64,000 nt of DNA from Blastocatellia bacterium (GCA_963765495.1 CAVXWP010000008.1:864001-928000), one strand, 5' to 3'; numbered from the stretch's first letter, positions 50,001 to 59,913 are shown. Translations and numbers: made by a program. The notes: generated by a model not told the origin, from the letters alone.

Positions 50001-50425
50001 TGAGAAGTGGTCTTCTCGACAAGTTCGGCTGCGCCGCCTGCGGTGACGGTCACAACTTCGGAGACTGAGCCGGGCTCTAGCGTTGCCGTGAGGTCGGTCA
50101 CGCGGTTGAGTTGGACCTGCACTTCGGCATTGGAGTAGGTCTTGAAACTGTCTGCTTCAATCGTGACAGTATAGATTCCGACAGGGACATTGTTAATTCT
50201 GAATGAACCGTTATCGGCGGCCTCAACGGTCCAGGTTCTTCCGGTCGCGTTATTTTTTGCAATGACCTTCGCAGAGGCTATGACTGCCCCTTGCGCATCC
50301 TGAACCGTACCTGCGATTGTGCCGTCGGTAGTACCCTGAGCGTGAGCGAGGGCCTGTGCAGCCAGGACAAGCGTCAATATCAGGCTCAGGAAAGAGTGAG
50401 CGGATATTCTTGATCTTGCTCTCAT
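47003..50425 (-). CDS. TonB-dependent receptor, Oar-like
   Basis: Signal peptide, SAEFGHS...TKSGTNDFHG, C-terminal RVIQLVLRYSF. Confidence 0.92.
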   Translation of the reverse strand: MRARSRISAHSFLSLILTLVLAAQALAHAQGTTDGTIAGTVQDAQGAVIASAKVIAKNNATGRTWTVEAADNGSFRINNVPVGIYTVTIEADSFKTYSNAEVQVQLNRVTDLTATLEPGSVSEVVTVTAGGAAELVEKTTSQLGKSFDDRKVIQLPIFQDVNQLALLSPNVTNQGSGVDGVGGSVGGNRPRNNSFTLDGIDNNDITLTGPQIAPIQDAVKEFTVLTNQFSAEFGHSSAGQFNTITKSGTNDFHGDLWWYNINKYLRSLDHRFKEQIAAGAQPDSRPRDDFNRVGGDFGGPIFKDKLFFFGAFQYQTRGQAGSTQTFGAPTSQGFSILESIPGISPFTLDLLRSHVSPAAVSDGTINVLGRQVPTGQLLVLVPSFYNLYQWHANIDYNISQSDRLYGRFFYDRFRQPNLGTPGPEFTGSLANDNRLVSLTEIHEFNTDLLNEFRFGYRRQVQDFTVPDAFADFPGLNIDELGLIIGPEENSPQGGTTNVYQYVDTMSWIKGRHQTKFGADFRNAIAPQVFLPRGRGEYSYRTLEDFLRDIKPTGSNGGLRGVGSGAFAGNQWAIYGFFQDDFKWRPNLTINLGLRYEYTSNARDAGLQALNSIANVSADDPVLEQIRQRTGLTGLFPDGINFRVPKTDKNNFAPRIGFAWAPEFHSGWLKRAFGDAGQSSIRGGFSMGYDVLFQNLVLLQLPPQFQQEIDASTGSGGVFGSDTNFLQNGGIPSGTVPPEFFTDRDLARAFTQGMIFDTQTPYTLSWSLSLQREFLRNWSIEARYLGTRGLHLFMQQRLNSGFPPSFNLPTFLSQSEIPAAAALRNLPSQQDFIDAQKRVLSDLGFLQNFTVFPAQGTSIYHGGSLSVKRRFASGLTLDASYTYSRTIDNITNELFTSFVNPRRPQNHFDLRSERGESTLSRPHRLVVGWIYELPFYRNERGFRGQALGNWQISGVYQAESGQPVDALSFNDANGDFDNAGDRTVLNLNGDPRRGTDVNWVLRNGQVVPRDSADPSQVVGYVAADPNAQFVFADTGAKANAGRNLLRAPGLNNWDISIFKRFPISEKKQLEFRAEFYNAFNHPQFIIDDPFSLDYVNVTSNRFQDARLFSGTPRYADPTNDPVGSILNSNPRVIQLVLRYSF

Positions 50426-50787
50426 TTTAGTGCCTCCTGATTCTATGTTCCGCCTGTGGCAGGTGATGCTCGGAACCTCTACACAACTCCGGCACCACTT
50501 ATTTGCAACGGGCTTTGCCACGGCGGTCAAGCGATGAAAAAGTTTAGGATGCGCGGCTCGCAGATAGAACACCTTTGGGACAGAGGCGGTTTAATTTGGG
50601 ATGGGAGTGTAAAATGTTGAGATAATGTCTGTGGATATCGAGCCTGAATCTGGCCGGTTTCAAGAATTTGTTCTTATCTCAATTTCTTGAATAAATATGA
50701 TTACAAAAATGAAGGTTGAAATGGCGTTGATAAACTCGTCGGAATCGGTCTGCGGTACAGAGCGGATGCCGATAGCCTGCCGAGCGG

Positions 50788-51567
50788 CTACAGCGGGCGT
50801 CCGAGGAATTCATTCAGTTTTTCACGATAGCTTCGTGAAAGAGTCAATTCCACACCGTCTTGAAGCACTATGCGATATTCTCCGTGAAACCACGGCTGTA
50901 ACTCTTGTATGCGGTCAATATTGACTATGGCCGAGCGATGGACTCGCAAGAAGCTCCTCGGGTCAAGCTGGCTCTCCATAGAGCTTATAGTTTCGCGCAG
51001 CAAATAGCTCTCTTTTCCCACATGCAATCTGACATAGTTGCCTTCGGCCTCGATCCAGTCGATCTCTTCGGCCTTGATAAAAAATATATGCCCGTTTGTC
51101 TTTATAACGAGCCTGTCCGTATGCACCGGACGCGATTTGATCTCTTCGAGCGCCGACAGGATTCTGGTGTTGAGGTTTCCGCTTGTCTTGTTGAGTATTT
51201 GAGATTTGGCTCGACGAACGGCCGTTTCAAAGCGCTCCCGGTCAAATGGCTTCAGCAGATAATCGAGCGCGTAGACCTCAAAAGCTCTCACCGCATACTG
51301 ATCATAGGCGGTGACAAATATGACTGCGGGCATGGCGTCTGAGTTCACACATTGCAGGACGCCAAAACCATCTCTCTCCGGCATCTGCACATCGAGAAAG
51401 ATCAAATCTGGTGAAAGCCGACAGACCGCCTCCACCGCCTCGGTTCCATTGGCGCATTCTCCGACGACCTCGATATCGGAATCGTTCTCAAGCATGTCGC
51501 GAATCCTCTCGCGAGCAAGCTGTTCGTCATCGACGATCAATACTCGTATATCCTTCTCCCCGACCAT
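50788..51567 (-). CDS. LytTR-family response regulator (AlgR/LytR-like)
   Basis: REC domain (VDDE, FLDVQMP, DYLLKP) plus LytTR domain (FLRVHRSAIVN). Confidence 0.95.
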   Translation of the reverse strand: MVGEKDIRVLIVDDEQLARERIRDMLENDSDIEVVGECANGTEAVEAVCRLSPDLIFLDVQMPERDGFGVLQCVNSDAMPAVIFVTAYDQYAVRAFEVYALDYLLKPFDRERFETAVRRAKSQILNKTSGNLNTRILSALEEIKSRPVHTDRLVIKTNGHIFFIKAEEIDWIEAEGNYVRLHVGKESYLLRETISSMESQLDPRSFLRVHRSAIVNIDRIQELQPWFHGEYRIVLQDGVELTLSRSYREKLNEFLGRPL

Positions 51568-51580
51568 ATGGACGCTCCTT

Positions 51581-51605
51581 TACGCCTATTAACGCACAAA
51601 GGTTC
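51581..51605 (-). promoter_or_regulatory. Possible ECF-sigma promoter directly upstream of the response regulator
   Basis: Minus strand GAACC-N16-CGTA. Confidence 0.35.
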
Positions 51606-51630
51606 GGGTTGGTTCGATTTTGCGTGAATT

Positions 51631-52725
51631 TTATTTAAAAGGGATCTCGAGCGTAACGGTTAGTCCGCCCGTTGGGGCGTTTTCCAGATCGAGGCGGTGA
51701 GCATTGCCGTAGATCTGCTGTAATCTGGCCTGGGTATTCCCAAGACCTACACCCTCTTTGATGATACTGCTGGAACTCCCGTTTGTCGGGATTCCGGGAC
51801 CGTTGTCGAGCACCTGCACCTGCAGAAAGCCATCAAGCCGTCGGGCTTCAATACCTATGCGTCCAGGACAGGACCTCGGCGCAATGCCATGCCGTATCGC
51901 ATTTTCGACTATCGGCTGGAGGATCAGATTTGGCAGCCTTGCATTGAGCGTCTCAGGTTCGATATCGAGGCTCACCATAAGCCGGTCTTGAAATCTGATT
52001 CGCTCGATCTCGAGATAGCTCTTGAGAAATTCCAGTTCCTGCTGAAGCGATACTTCCTGAGTCCCGGAGTTTTCCAGCGTCATACGCAGAAAATCACCGA
52101 GACGGGCAATCATCTTGTCGGCTGCGTTGATGTCCTTATAAAGAAGCGCGGAAATGGAATGTAGAGTGTTGAACAGGAAATGAGGATGAAGTTGCATCTT
52201 TAGCGCGCGGAGTTCGGCCTGCGCCAACTGGGCTTCGAGCGTCGAAGCCTTCGTTTCGCCTTCTCGATAACGATGATAATAGCCAAAAGCGTAGCTTATA
52301 AGCAGGATCAGCCAGTAAATCAGCACGCCGTAATCAAATATCAGGTAAACATTCAAGAGCAGTTTCGTCACCGACAGCGGGCGTTCGCGCGCCAGTATCA
52401 GATAATAAAATAGAAGGTCGTGTAGTATTCTGGTCGAAAACCCTATGATGAGACTCGCAAAGACATGAACGGTGAGATTGCGAAACCAGGAGCCGCGCTC
52501 AATGCGAAAACGATGTCCAAGCCATAAAATCAACGGGGTCAAAGCGGCCCAGACATAGGCATGCGTTATCTCAAGAAAGACAAGGCGGAACCACTGTATG
52601 GGCATGTCGGAGCGGGAGTATGCAATAAACAATTGACTGGCTACGAACCCGCCAAAGAGGGTCCAGACGCCGAGTATTACAACCCCTCGGAACCAGCGAC
52701 GCTGCCATAGTCTCTCTATTTCCAT
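51631..52725 (-). CDS. LytS-family sensor histidine kinase
   Basis: Four TMs, LKMQLHPHFLFNTL, LQPIVENAIRHG, DNGPG, GVGLGN. Confidence 0.94.
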   Translation of the reverse strand: MEIERLWQRRWFRGVVILGVWTLFGGFVASQLFIAYSRSDMPIQWFRLVFLEITHAYVWAALTPLILWLGHRFRIERGSWFRNLTVHVFASLIIGFSTRILHDLLFYYLILARERPLSVTKLLLNVYLIFDYGVLIYWLILLISYAFGYYHRYREGETKASTLEAQLAQAELRALKMQLHPHFLFNTLHSISALLYKDINAADKMIARLGDFLRMTLENSGTQEVSLQQELEFLKSYLEIERIRFQDRLMVSLDIEPETLNARLPNLILQPIVENAIRHGIAPRSCPGRIGIEARRLDGFLQVQVLDNGPGIPTNGSSSSIIKEGVGLGNTQARLQQIYGNAHRLDLENAPTGGLTVTLEIPFK

Positions 52726-53235
52726 CTGTTTATCAGCAGAATATATCACATCCCCGGCGCAAGCCCTCGTGACGAGGGCGAAACCATCCGGCCTTTTCCC
52801 TTCAAAGAATTCAACGCCGAAAAGGGTAATTAGTTGAGAAATGCCTGGTCTCAAACGGGTGGATCGAAGCAGTCCTTGCTATTGAACAACTCCTCCGATT
52901 TATGGCCGCAAGTCTCATTTTCTCTGCTGAAAAAGAATGAGCCTCGCACTTTCAAATCTGTAAACCGACTTCATGATGATGAATTCTCATTCTAATGCCT
53001 TGCGACCTGACCGGCAAACAAACATGGGACGAAACGGCTCAATGATGTGATAAGCCGGTTCCGACAAAAGCTCAGAGGCGGATGTGTCTCTTGATGATCA
53101 GATCGCCTTTGCCTCAACGCGAGCGTCAATCACCCGGTCTCATTTATAAGTATCCGTAACCCTCGCTCAGAAATATTCTCAAATTGACTATGCCGGCAAG
53201 TCGTCTCGTTGACCCCTTGAACCACCGCCTCATCC

Positions 53236-53312
53236 GGGATTTGAGATTTGAGATTTGTGAGATCAAAGATTGATCGCAAGATTACGAAATAAATTTCCAA
53301 TCTGCTCAATCT
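53236..53312. repeat. ATTTGAG heptamer array with weak complementary arm
   Basis: GGGATTTGAGATTTGAGATTTGTGAGAT. Confidence 0.55.
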
Positions 53313-53527
53313 CTTGTGCCCTATCCTCGATCCAATAGATTGGCTTTGATTCAATAATTTGTTATGTATTTTTAACCATTAGCCATTAAAGTTAGATAAA
53401 ACGTCCGAAAATATGAATAAAAATCCATGCTTCTGGATGAATAGAGAATTCAGATGGAAGTAGAGGCGGAAAGTTAAACACTCTACATACAGCAAGATAG
53501 AGAGGATTGTGGCAGTTTTTTTTGGTC

Positions 53528-53543
53528 GGGCATAGTTGTTGCA
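53528..53543 (+). promoter_or_regulatory. Putative sigma54 promoter for the third TonB-dependent receptor
   Basis: GGGCATA-GTTG-TTGCA with correct GG-N10-GC spacing, preceded by an AT-rich tract. Confidence 0.5.
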
Positions 53544-53731
53544 CCATTTTGAAGAGAGACTACTATTTCCATTTCAACGAATACCGTTCAGGTCAGGCCT
53601 CTGCCGGTTTTCCGTCCGAGCGCCATTTTGTTGGATGAGTTTGTTTATCGAAAGAAGGGCGGTTCCGCAAGCCTCTCAAGTATTCAATTTTGTGATCGAA
53701 TGCGGGACTTTCCTACAATGGAGGAGCTTCA

Positions 53732-56700
53732 ATGAAAAAAATGAAAGCAATAGGCAGTATCGCCTTGCTGCTTCTTCTCTTGCTCGGTCCCGAGGCCTCT
53801 GCTTTTGCAGCGGCGACGGCTCGCGCGCAGGAGGTATTTGGAAACATCGAAGGAACTGTAAAGGACTCTAGCGGCGCGGTTATTCCCGATGTAGCTGTTG
53901 TCGCAAAGAGTACGCAACGCAGCTACTCTGTGACCACAGACGATGCAGGTGCTTACAGATTCAACAACCTGCTGCCTGGCCTCTACACGGTCACTGTGAG
54001 CGGAACCGGATTTGGCGCAGTGAAGAGAGACGCTATAAGCGTCGAGATAGGCCGCACACTGCAAGTCAATTTCGAAATGAATCCCGTAGCTGCCGGGGAG
54101 AGCGTCACCATAACGGCTTCCGATCAGCCGATTGTTGACGTAACCTCTACCAAAACGGCTACCAACATCACCGAGCAAAAGATTGATGTACTGCCAAAGA
54201 ATCTGAATTTCACATCTGTTCTTGAGGTTGCTCCCGGCACTCGCAAAGAGGACCGGACAGGTGGATTTCAGGTAGACGGCGCGTCGGCTTCGGAAAACGT
54301 CTTTATCATTGATGGCGTTGAAGTGACCAATATTCTGGGCGGCACGCTTGGCGGCAAGGATTCGGAAGCCAGCAAGAACATACCGCTCGACTTTGTAAAA
54401 GAAGTGCAGGTAAAGAGCGCAGGTTACGAGGCCGAGTTTGGCGGCGCGACAGGCGGCGTCTTTAACGTAGTCACAAAGAGCGGAACAAATGATTACCACG
54501 GCGAATTCAGGCTGGAATACGAATCATCGAGATTTCGGGGAGACGACGCCCCCACCTTGAGATTTGACCCGCTCGACTTGAGCCAGCAGACGATAGAGTA
54601 CTTTGATAATCCCAGGGGCAAGGACAAGAGGCGTCTTCTGAATCCGGTCGTAAGCATTGGCGGCCCGATTGTCAAAGACAAACTCTGGTTCTTTACAAGC
54701 TACGCGCCCCAGTTCTTCCGCCAGCGGCGCTTCATCGATCTGATCCAGGACCCCAACATTACCGTAGCAAATGGCGGCAACAGTGTTGTGACCCTCGATG
54801 CAAACGAAGTGACCTACAAGCAGAAGTCAGACTATTTCATAGGCAGGCTCGATTATTCACCGACTTCGAAACTGTCTTTGTACGGCAGTTTTATCAACAG
54901 CCCTGTAAAAACGGAAGGGCCTTCTGATGTAGATTTAGGCGGCATCTCTTTATTGCAGCGGCAGACCAGCAGCATAAACGAGTTCAGGGGCAATATCGCT
55001 GGCGAGCCTTCGCTTTATCCGCTTCAGGGCGGTTATACGCCTTCGTGGCAGGCCGCGGGCGGGGCTATCTGGAACATCACCGACAAGATAATTTTCAGCT
55101 TCAGGGGCGGGCACACCTACCTCAACGATAAGGCTGGAAGTTACGGTTTGCCGACCGACAGGGCGCTCTTTATTATCAACGCAGGCCGCGCTTGCAGCAG
55201 CACGGTCACAGTGCCTGCCGGATTGTCTTGCAATCCCAACACGACCTCGGCAGGATTCCCGACCGGTCTTACAGTTCAGACCATAGCGACAAAAGACATC
55301 ACAACCCGCACGAATCTGAATTTCGACGGTACCTTCATAGCTCGCTTCCTTGGACAGCAGCATATATTCAAGGGCGGCTATCAGGTGAACCGTCTGGCCA
55401 ACGACGTGGACCGCTCTTTCCTTGGCGGCGCGAGATTGACATTCCTCTTCGGCGCATCGAGACCGGATCAGTTTACGGGCGAGAATCGCAGAGGAAGCTA
55501 TGGTTATTACATCGTTGATGACGTGCAGACCAGAGGCAAAGTCAACAGCACAAACCAGGGGCTCTTTATTCAGGATTCCTGGCAGGTACATCCGCGTTTG
55601 ACTTTGAATCTTGGTCTTCGCTCCGAAAAAGAGTTTCTGCCTGCGTTCCCGCTTATCCCCGAGTTCCATCCCGGCCTCTCGGCGGAGCAACTCGCGGGGG
55701 CTTCGACAAAACCGATTGACTTCGGTTGGGGCGACAAGCTCGCGCCGCGTTTCGGTGGAGCATGGGACGTATTTGGCAACGGCAAACTGAAGATTTCAGG
55801 CAGCTTTAGCCTCTTCTATGACACGATGAAATACGAGATTGCGCGCGGTTCATTCGGCGGCGAAAAGTTTATTCGCACCCGCCGAGAATTGAACACGTCC
55901 GACATCTTCGGTTTCAACGTCAACAACACACCGGGCGCTATCATCACAGGCCCGTCAGACCTCCGATTCCCCTCGAATCTGGCAGGCGAAGACAACGGGA
56001 TAGACCCGGACCTCAAACCTTACCGCGAGCGTGAATACACGGGAAGCGTAGACTATGCGCTAAACAACAACCTGGTGCTGAGCGCCCGCCTTACCCGGAA
56101 GAAACTTGACCGCGCGATTGAAGACATCGGCTTCTCGGATTCGACCGGAACCGAATTCTTCACAATCGGCAATCCCGGTTTTGGCCTTACGGCCTCAAAC
56201 GTTCCCCCGACGCCGAAAGCGACGAGGAAATACACGGGTCTGGAGATTCGCCTCGACAAGCGGTTCTCAAACAACTGGTATGCAAACCTCTCTTATGTTT
56301 ACAGCAAACTGAGGGGCAACTACTCAGGTTTGTCGAACTCGGATGAAGTGAGCACAGTGACAGGTCTTGGCCGCACGGACCCGAACGTGAGCAGGAATTT
56401 CGACCTGCCGTTCCTGAACTTCGATACGTTTGGCAACATCGTCGAAGGAGTGCTGCCCACGGACCGCCCAAGCACCTTCAAGGCTTTTGCGGCATATCGC
56501 TTCAACTACACCGGGTTGGGCAAGGGGATGAGCACAGAGATCGGCGGGTCTCAGTTTATCTATCAGGGAACGCCGGTTACGACCTCCGTAAACGCTTTTG
56601 TTGACGGAAGCAGCGCCAACGCATTCGTTCTTGGTCGCGGTGATGCCGGTCGTCTGAATGTGTTCACACAGACAGATTTGATCGTGACTCACTACATCAA

Positions 56701-56953
56701 TGTCTCTGAGCGCGTCAGGCTCAGATTCTCGGCGAATGTGCTGAATCTGTTCAACGAGCGGAACGAAACCGACAGGTGGACGACTCTTACCGCTCCGGGT
56801 GTGACAATAGCCTACAATGACTTGCAGGACTATCTGACCTCACAGGGCGACTTCCGGTCTCGCCCCGGGTTTGCCGAAGATCCGCGATTCAATAAATCGA
56901 GCTTCTTCCAGACCCCTATTCGAGCGCGATTTGCCTTTGGCGTTCAGTTCTAA
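53732..56953 (+). CDS. TonB-dependent receptor, Oar-like
   Basis: RBS GGAGG, signal peptide, AEFGGATGGVFNVVTKSGTN, C-terminal FAFGVQF. Confidence 0.92.
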   Translation: MKKMKAIGSIALLLLLLLGPEASAFAAATARAQEVFGNIEGTVKDSSGAVIPDVAVVAKSTQRSYSVTTDDAGAYRFNNLLPGLYTVTVSGTGFGAVKRDAISVEIGRTLQVNFEMNPVAAGESVTITASDQPIVDVTSTKTATNITEQKIDVLPKNLNFTSVLEVAPGTRKEDRTGGFQVDGASASENVFIIDGVEVTNILGGTLGGKDSEASKNIPLDFVKEVQVKSAGYEAEFGGATGGVFNVVTKSGTNDYHGEFRLEYESSRFRGDDAPTLRFDPLDLSQQTIEYFDNPRGKDKRRLLNPVVSIGGPIVKDKLWFFTSYAPQFFRQRRFIDLIQDPNITVANGGNSVVTLDANEVTYKQKSDYFIGRLDYSPTSKLSLYGSFINSPVKTEGPSDVDLGGISLLQRQTSSINEFRGNIAGEPSLYPLQGGYTPSWQAAGGAIWNITDKIIFSFRGGHTYLNDKAGSYGLPTDRALFIINAGRACSSTVTVPAGLSCNPNTTSAGFPTGLTVQTIATKDITTRTNLNFDGTFIARFLGQQHIFKGGYQVNRLANDVDRSFLGGARLTFLFGASRPDQFTGENRRGSYGYYIVDDVQTRGKVNSTNQGLFIQDSWQVHPRLTLNLGLRSEKEFLPAFPLIPEFHPGLSAEQLAGASTKPIDFGWGDKLAPRFGGAWDVFGNGKLKISGSFSLFYDTMKYEIARGSFGGEKFIRTRRELNTSDIFGFNVNNTPGAIITGPSDLRFPSNLAGEDNGIDPDLKPYREREYTGSVDYALNNNLVLSARLTRKKLDRAIEDIGFSDSTGTEFFTIGNPGFGLTASNVPPTPKATRKYTGLEIRLDKRFSNNWYANLSYVYSKLRGNYSGLSNSDEVSTVTGLGRTDPNVSRNFDLPFLNFDTFGNIVEGVLPTDRPSTFKAFAAYRFNYTGLGKGMSTEIGGSQFIYQGTPVTTSVNAFVDGSSANAFVLGRGDAGRLNVFTQTDLIVTHYINVSERVRLRFSANVLNLFNERNETDRWTTLTAPGVTIAYNDLQDYLTSQGDFRSRPGFAEDPRFNKSSFFQTPIRARFAFGVQF

Positions 56954-56982
56954 GCTCGGGCCATCTGGCTGATGCTTGAACC

Positions 56983-57020
56983 TCTGCCCGCTCTCTAGCG
57001 TGAGGGCGGGCAGATTTTTT
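56983..57020 (+). terminator. Intrinsic terminator
   Basis: TCTGCCCGCTCTC...GAGGGCGGGCAGA followed by TTTTTT. Confidence 0.85.
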
Positions 57021-57047
57021 GTATCTATCGAGAGCAGTGAGGATCTT

Positions 57048-57118
57048 GCCACAGAGGCACCGCAGACACGGAGATTATTTACGATCTTTTCTCTGTGTCT
57101 GCGGTGCCTCTGTGGCTA
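57048..57118. repeat. Hairpin with 9-bp CACAGAG/CTCTGTG repeat arms (copy 2)
   Basis: GCCACAGAGGCACCGCAGACACGGAG...CTCTGTGTCTGCGGTGCCTCTGTGGC. Confidence 0.85.
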
Positions 57119-57162
57119 TTATTTACTCGTACGAGTTTTGCTGTTTTCAGAATCGAGGCGAG

Positions 57163-58212
57163 TTATGATTTGGCTCTTTGTCGCAACCGCGCTACAAGTG
57201 CCTCGTATTTCTTGCGCTGTTCGGCGTACTCATCGGTCTTCGGGATGGCCTTTACATAGTTTTCCAGCGCGTCGGCCGCCTTTGTGAACTGGTTGTCTTT
57301 GCTGTAGAGGGCCGCAAGGTGAAGATAGACGGCGGGGATTTGATGATCGGCAAGCCGCGAAGCGTTCTCGAATACCTGTATGGCTTCGGCTCGCGTCTCG
57401 TCACTTTTGGCCAGTTCCATCCCCAGCCTCATATTCGTGTTGACGGAGTTCGGGTTCAATTGGAGCGAATGACGCAGGCTTTTGATTCCTTCGGCTTCCT
57501 GTTTCAACTCGATCTGGCTCACGCCAAGCACATAAAAACTTCGCCACGCGCCTTTGTTTACTTCGGTCGCGTGCACGAGGACGGGCAGCGCCGATTCATA
57601 CTGATGACGCTCCGCATAGTGATTGCCCAACAATTCGAGCGCGTCGAAATAATCCGGGAAGATTTTGATCGCGCGATTAAGGGCCTCGATAGCCATGTCG
57701 GAATCCTTATCTTCGAGGCTCTTGACCCCGCGAATATATTCCTGTCGCGCTTCGGGCGGAATCTCCTGAGAAAAGACCGTACCGGCGGGCGCAGTAGGAA
57801 GCTTGCTCGACGCGTCCTCAATTCGCTTAAGAACGAAATCTACGCGAAAAATCTCGCCCCCTGTCGCCTGCCCGTTTGGTGCTCTCCGCGCGTTGAAGGG
57901 ATTCGCATCGACGCGCTGAGTCTGCCTCTCGTATCCTTTTCCGACAGGGTCCACCTCGACATAGTAGATACCGCTTGAAACGTTTTGAAATTGATAACGC
58001 CCCGACCCGTCCGTGTAGCCTTGCGCGACCGGCGAGTAGGTATCACTTTGAAGAAAGACTCGTACATTGTCGAGCGGTCTGCGGTTGTCGGCCCTGACAA
58101 ATCCTTCGATTGTGTTTCGGGTCTGGGCAGCAGAGGCCGGAGGCAATCCAAGAAGTAGAATGGCACTGGCGCAGAAGGCTAAAAACATGACCACACCTCC
58201 TATTTCACGCAT
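57163..58212 (-). CDS. Secreted protein with carboxypeptidase-regulatory-like domain and TPR repeats
   Basis: Signal peptide, YTDGSGRYQF, helical repeats such as AIEALNRAIKIFPDY; start may be 58188. Confidence 0.85.
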   Translation of the reverse strand: MREIGGVVMFLAFCASAILLLGLPPASAAQTRNTIEGFVRADNRRPLDNVRVFLQSDTYSPVAQGYTDGSGRYQFQNVSSGIYYVEVDPVGKGYERQTQRVDANPFNARRAPNGQATGGEIFRVDFVLKRIEDASSKLPTAPAGTVFSQEIPPEARQEYIRGVKSLEDKDSDMAIEALNRAIKIFPDYFDALELLGNHYAERHQYESALPVLVHATEVNKGAWRSFYVLGVSQIELKQEAEGIKSLRHSLQLNPNSVNTNMRLGMELAKSDETRAEAIQVFENASRLADHQIPAVYLHLAALYSKDNQFTKAADALENYVKAIPKTDEYAEQRKKYEALVARLRQRAKS

Positions 58213-58214
58213 TA

Positions 58215-58265
58215 AAATCTCAGGTCTGAAATTCCAAATTCTAAATCTCAAGTCTCGAGTCTCAG
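58215..58265. repeat. Degenerate TCTCAAA/ATTTGAG heptamer array
   Basis: ATCTCAG GTCTGAA ATTCCAA ATTCTAA ATCTCAA GTCTCGA GTCTCAG, period 7. Confidence 0.65.
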
Positions 58266-58275
58266 GTTGGCTCGA

Positions 58276-59373
58276 TCAATCCGCTTCCCCGGCAAACGAG
58301 ATACCGAGATCACGTGACACTCCGATCAGATAGTGGTTCGCGGGGACGACCTTTAGTGAGGCTATACATTCATCCAGAGGTCTTGTGACCAGATCTCCGC
58401 AATGCAGGGCTACCATGTGCCCAAACTTGCCATGCTCGATGGCTCGCACGGCAGCAGACCCGTAACACGACGCCAGCACCCGGTCAAAAGATGTAGGGCT
58501 CCCGCCCCTCTGCAAGTGGCCGAGCACAACCACACGGCTTTCCTTGTTTGTCAGACGTGTGATGTCTTGAGCCACCTGTTCCGCGATTCCTCCCAGACGT
58601 GGAAGACGGTCCGTTGCCCCCGTTTCCTGATAAACGTTCTGCCCGCCCGCTGGTTTCGCGCCTTCGGCCACGACGATGATAGAAAAATGGCGTCCCACGC
58701 TTTCGCGTTCCAGAACCTTGGCGGCTACCTTCTCGGCATAGAAAGGGATTTCGGGGATAAGTATAACATCAGCCCCCCCGGCTACGCCCGATTGCAGGGC
58801 GATCCATCCCACGTGACGGCCCATGACTTCGACAAGAATAACGCGGTCGTGGCTTTCGGCTGTCGTGTGTAGGCGATCAATGGCATCGGTAGAAATATCG
58901 AGCGCCGTGTCGAAGCCAAAGGTCATATCGGTCCCGGCCAGATCGTTGTCGATAGTCTTTGGCACCCCAATGACCGGCAGGCCGAGTTTTGAAAATTCGT
59001 AGGCGATCATCTGTGACCCTTCCCCTCCAATGACGATCAGGGCATTCAGACCCATGCGCTCGAAATTGTTTGCGGCCTCCTGATATGCCATTTCATCCTT
59101 GACCAGATGTCCGTCAATTATTCGCGTAGCGAAATGGCCGCGATTGACGCTTCCAAGTATCGTCCCGCCGCGAGGCAACAGCCCTCTGACATCATCAGAG
59201 ATGAGCGGGCGGACTCGCTTCTCAAGCAATCCCTCAAACCCGTCTTCGATGCCTATTACTTTCCAGCCATACACTCTGGTCGCGGTCTTGACCACCGCCC
59301 GGATGACCGCATTCAGACCGGGAGCATCCCCTCCTCCAGTCAAGATTCCGATTCTTTTTATCTCTTTTGCCAT
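58276..59373 (-). CDS. pfkA: 6-phosphofructokinase (PfkA family)
   Basis: LTGGGDAPGLN, GGTILGS, PKTIDND, EVMGR, LGHLQRGG. Confidence 0.95.
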   Translation of the reverse strand: MAKEIKRIGILTGGGDAPGLNAVIRAVVKTATRVYGWKVIGIEDGFEGLLEKRVRPLISDDVRGLLPRGGTILGSVNRGHFATRIIDGHLVKDEMAYQEAANNFERMGLNALIVIGGEGSQMIAYEFSKLGLPVIGVPKTIDNDLAGTDMTFGFDTALDISTDAIDRLHTTAESHDRVILVEVMGRHVGWIALQSGVAGGADVILIPEIPFYAEKVAAKVLERESVGRHFSIIVVAEGAKPAGGQNVYQETGATDRLPRLGGIAEQVAQDITRLTNKESRVVVLGHLQRGGSPTSFDRVLASCYGSAAVRAIEHGKFGHMVALHCGDLVTRPLDECIASLKVVPANHYLIGVSRDLGISFAGEAD

Positions 59374-59533
59374 CGAACCCTTTCCAATCTAAAACCCCGA
59401 GTTTCAGATTGTACCACACCCGATTTCCCTTGCGAGATGGAGAGGCTTACATCAAATTGCGGATATGCGTTCGCCCGGCTATTATGGCTCAAGATAAGTT
59501 CAGAAGCGGTTGATCAAATAAATAGGAGCATTG

Positions 59534-59905
59534 ATGCAACACTCGGAAGGTTTTTTAAATATCGTAAACGACGCTAAGAGCCGCGTGCGCGAGACAACTC
59601 CCGAAGAAGTGCGAAGGAGACAGGATGGAGGCGAAAAATTCCACCTCGTCGATGTACGCGAAGACAACGAATGGGAGAAAGGCCGCGCCAAAGGCGCTAT
59701 CCATCTGGGCAAGGGCATTATCGAACGCGACATCGAAAATGCCATTCCCACCCGCTCGGATGAAATCATTCTCTACTGCGGCGGCGGATACAGGTCTGCG
59801 CTCGCTGCCGATGCTCTTCAGAAGATGGGCTATACAAACGTTATCTCTATGGACGGTGGCTGGAAGCGATGGCGCGAACTCGGCTATCCCATAGAATCCG
59901 ACTGA
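59534..59905 (+). CDS. Rhodanese-like sulfurtransferase
   Basis: LVDVRE, active-site YCGGGYRS, SMDGG. Confidence 0.92.
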   Translation: MQHSEGFLNIVNDAKSRVRETTPEEVRRRQDGGEKFHLVDVREDNEWEKGRAKGAIHLGKGIIERDIENAIPTRSDEIILYCGGGYRSALAADALQKMGYTNVISMDGGWKRWRELGYPIESD

Positions 59906-59913
59906 TTGTCATA

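Noticed and set aside
50504-50520. Sigma54 promoter for the second TonB-dependent receptor
   Set aside because: Minus strand TGGCAAAGCCCGTTGCA has GG-N11-GC spacing, one base too long.
57178-57978. Long antisense ORFs (also 4761, 38404, 53729, 54950)
   Set aside because: They lie wholly opposite well-supported genes and lack motifs, as expected from codon bias in moderately GC-rich DNA.
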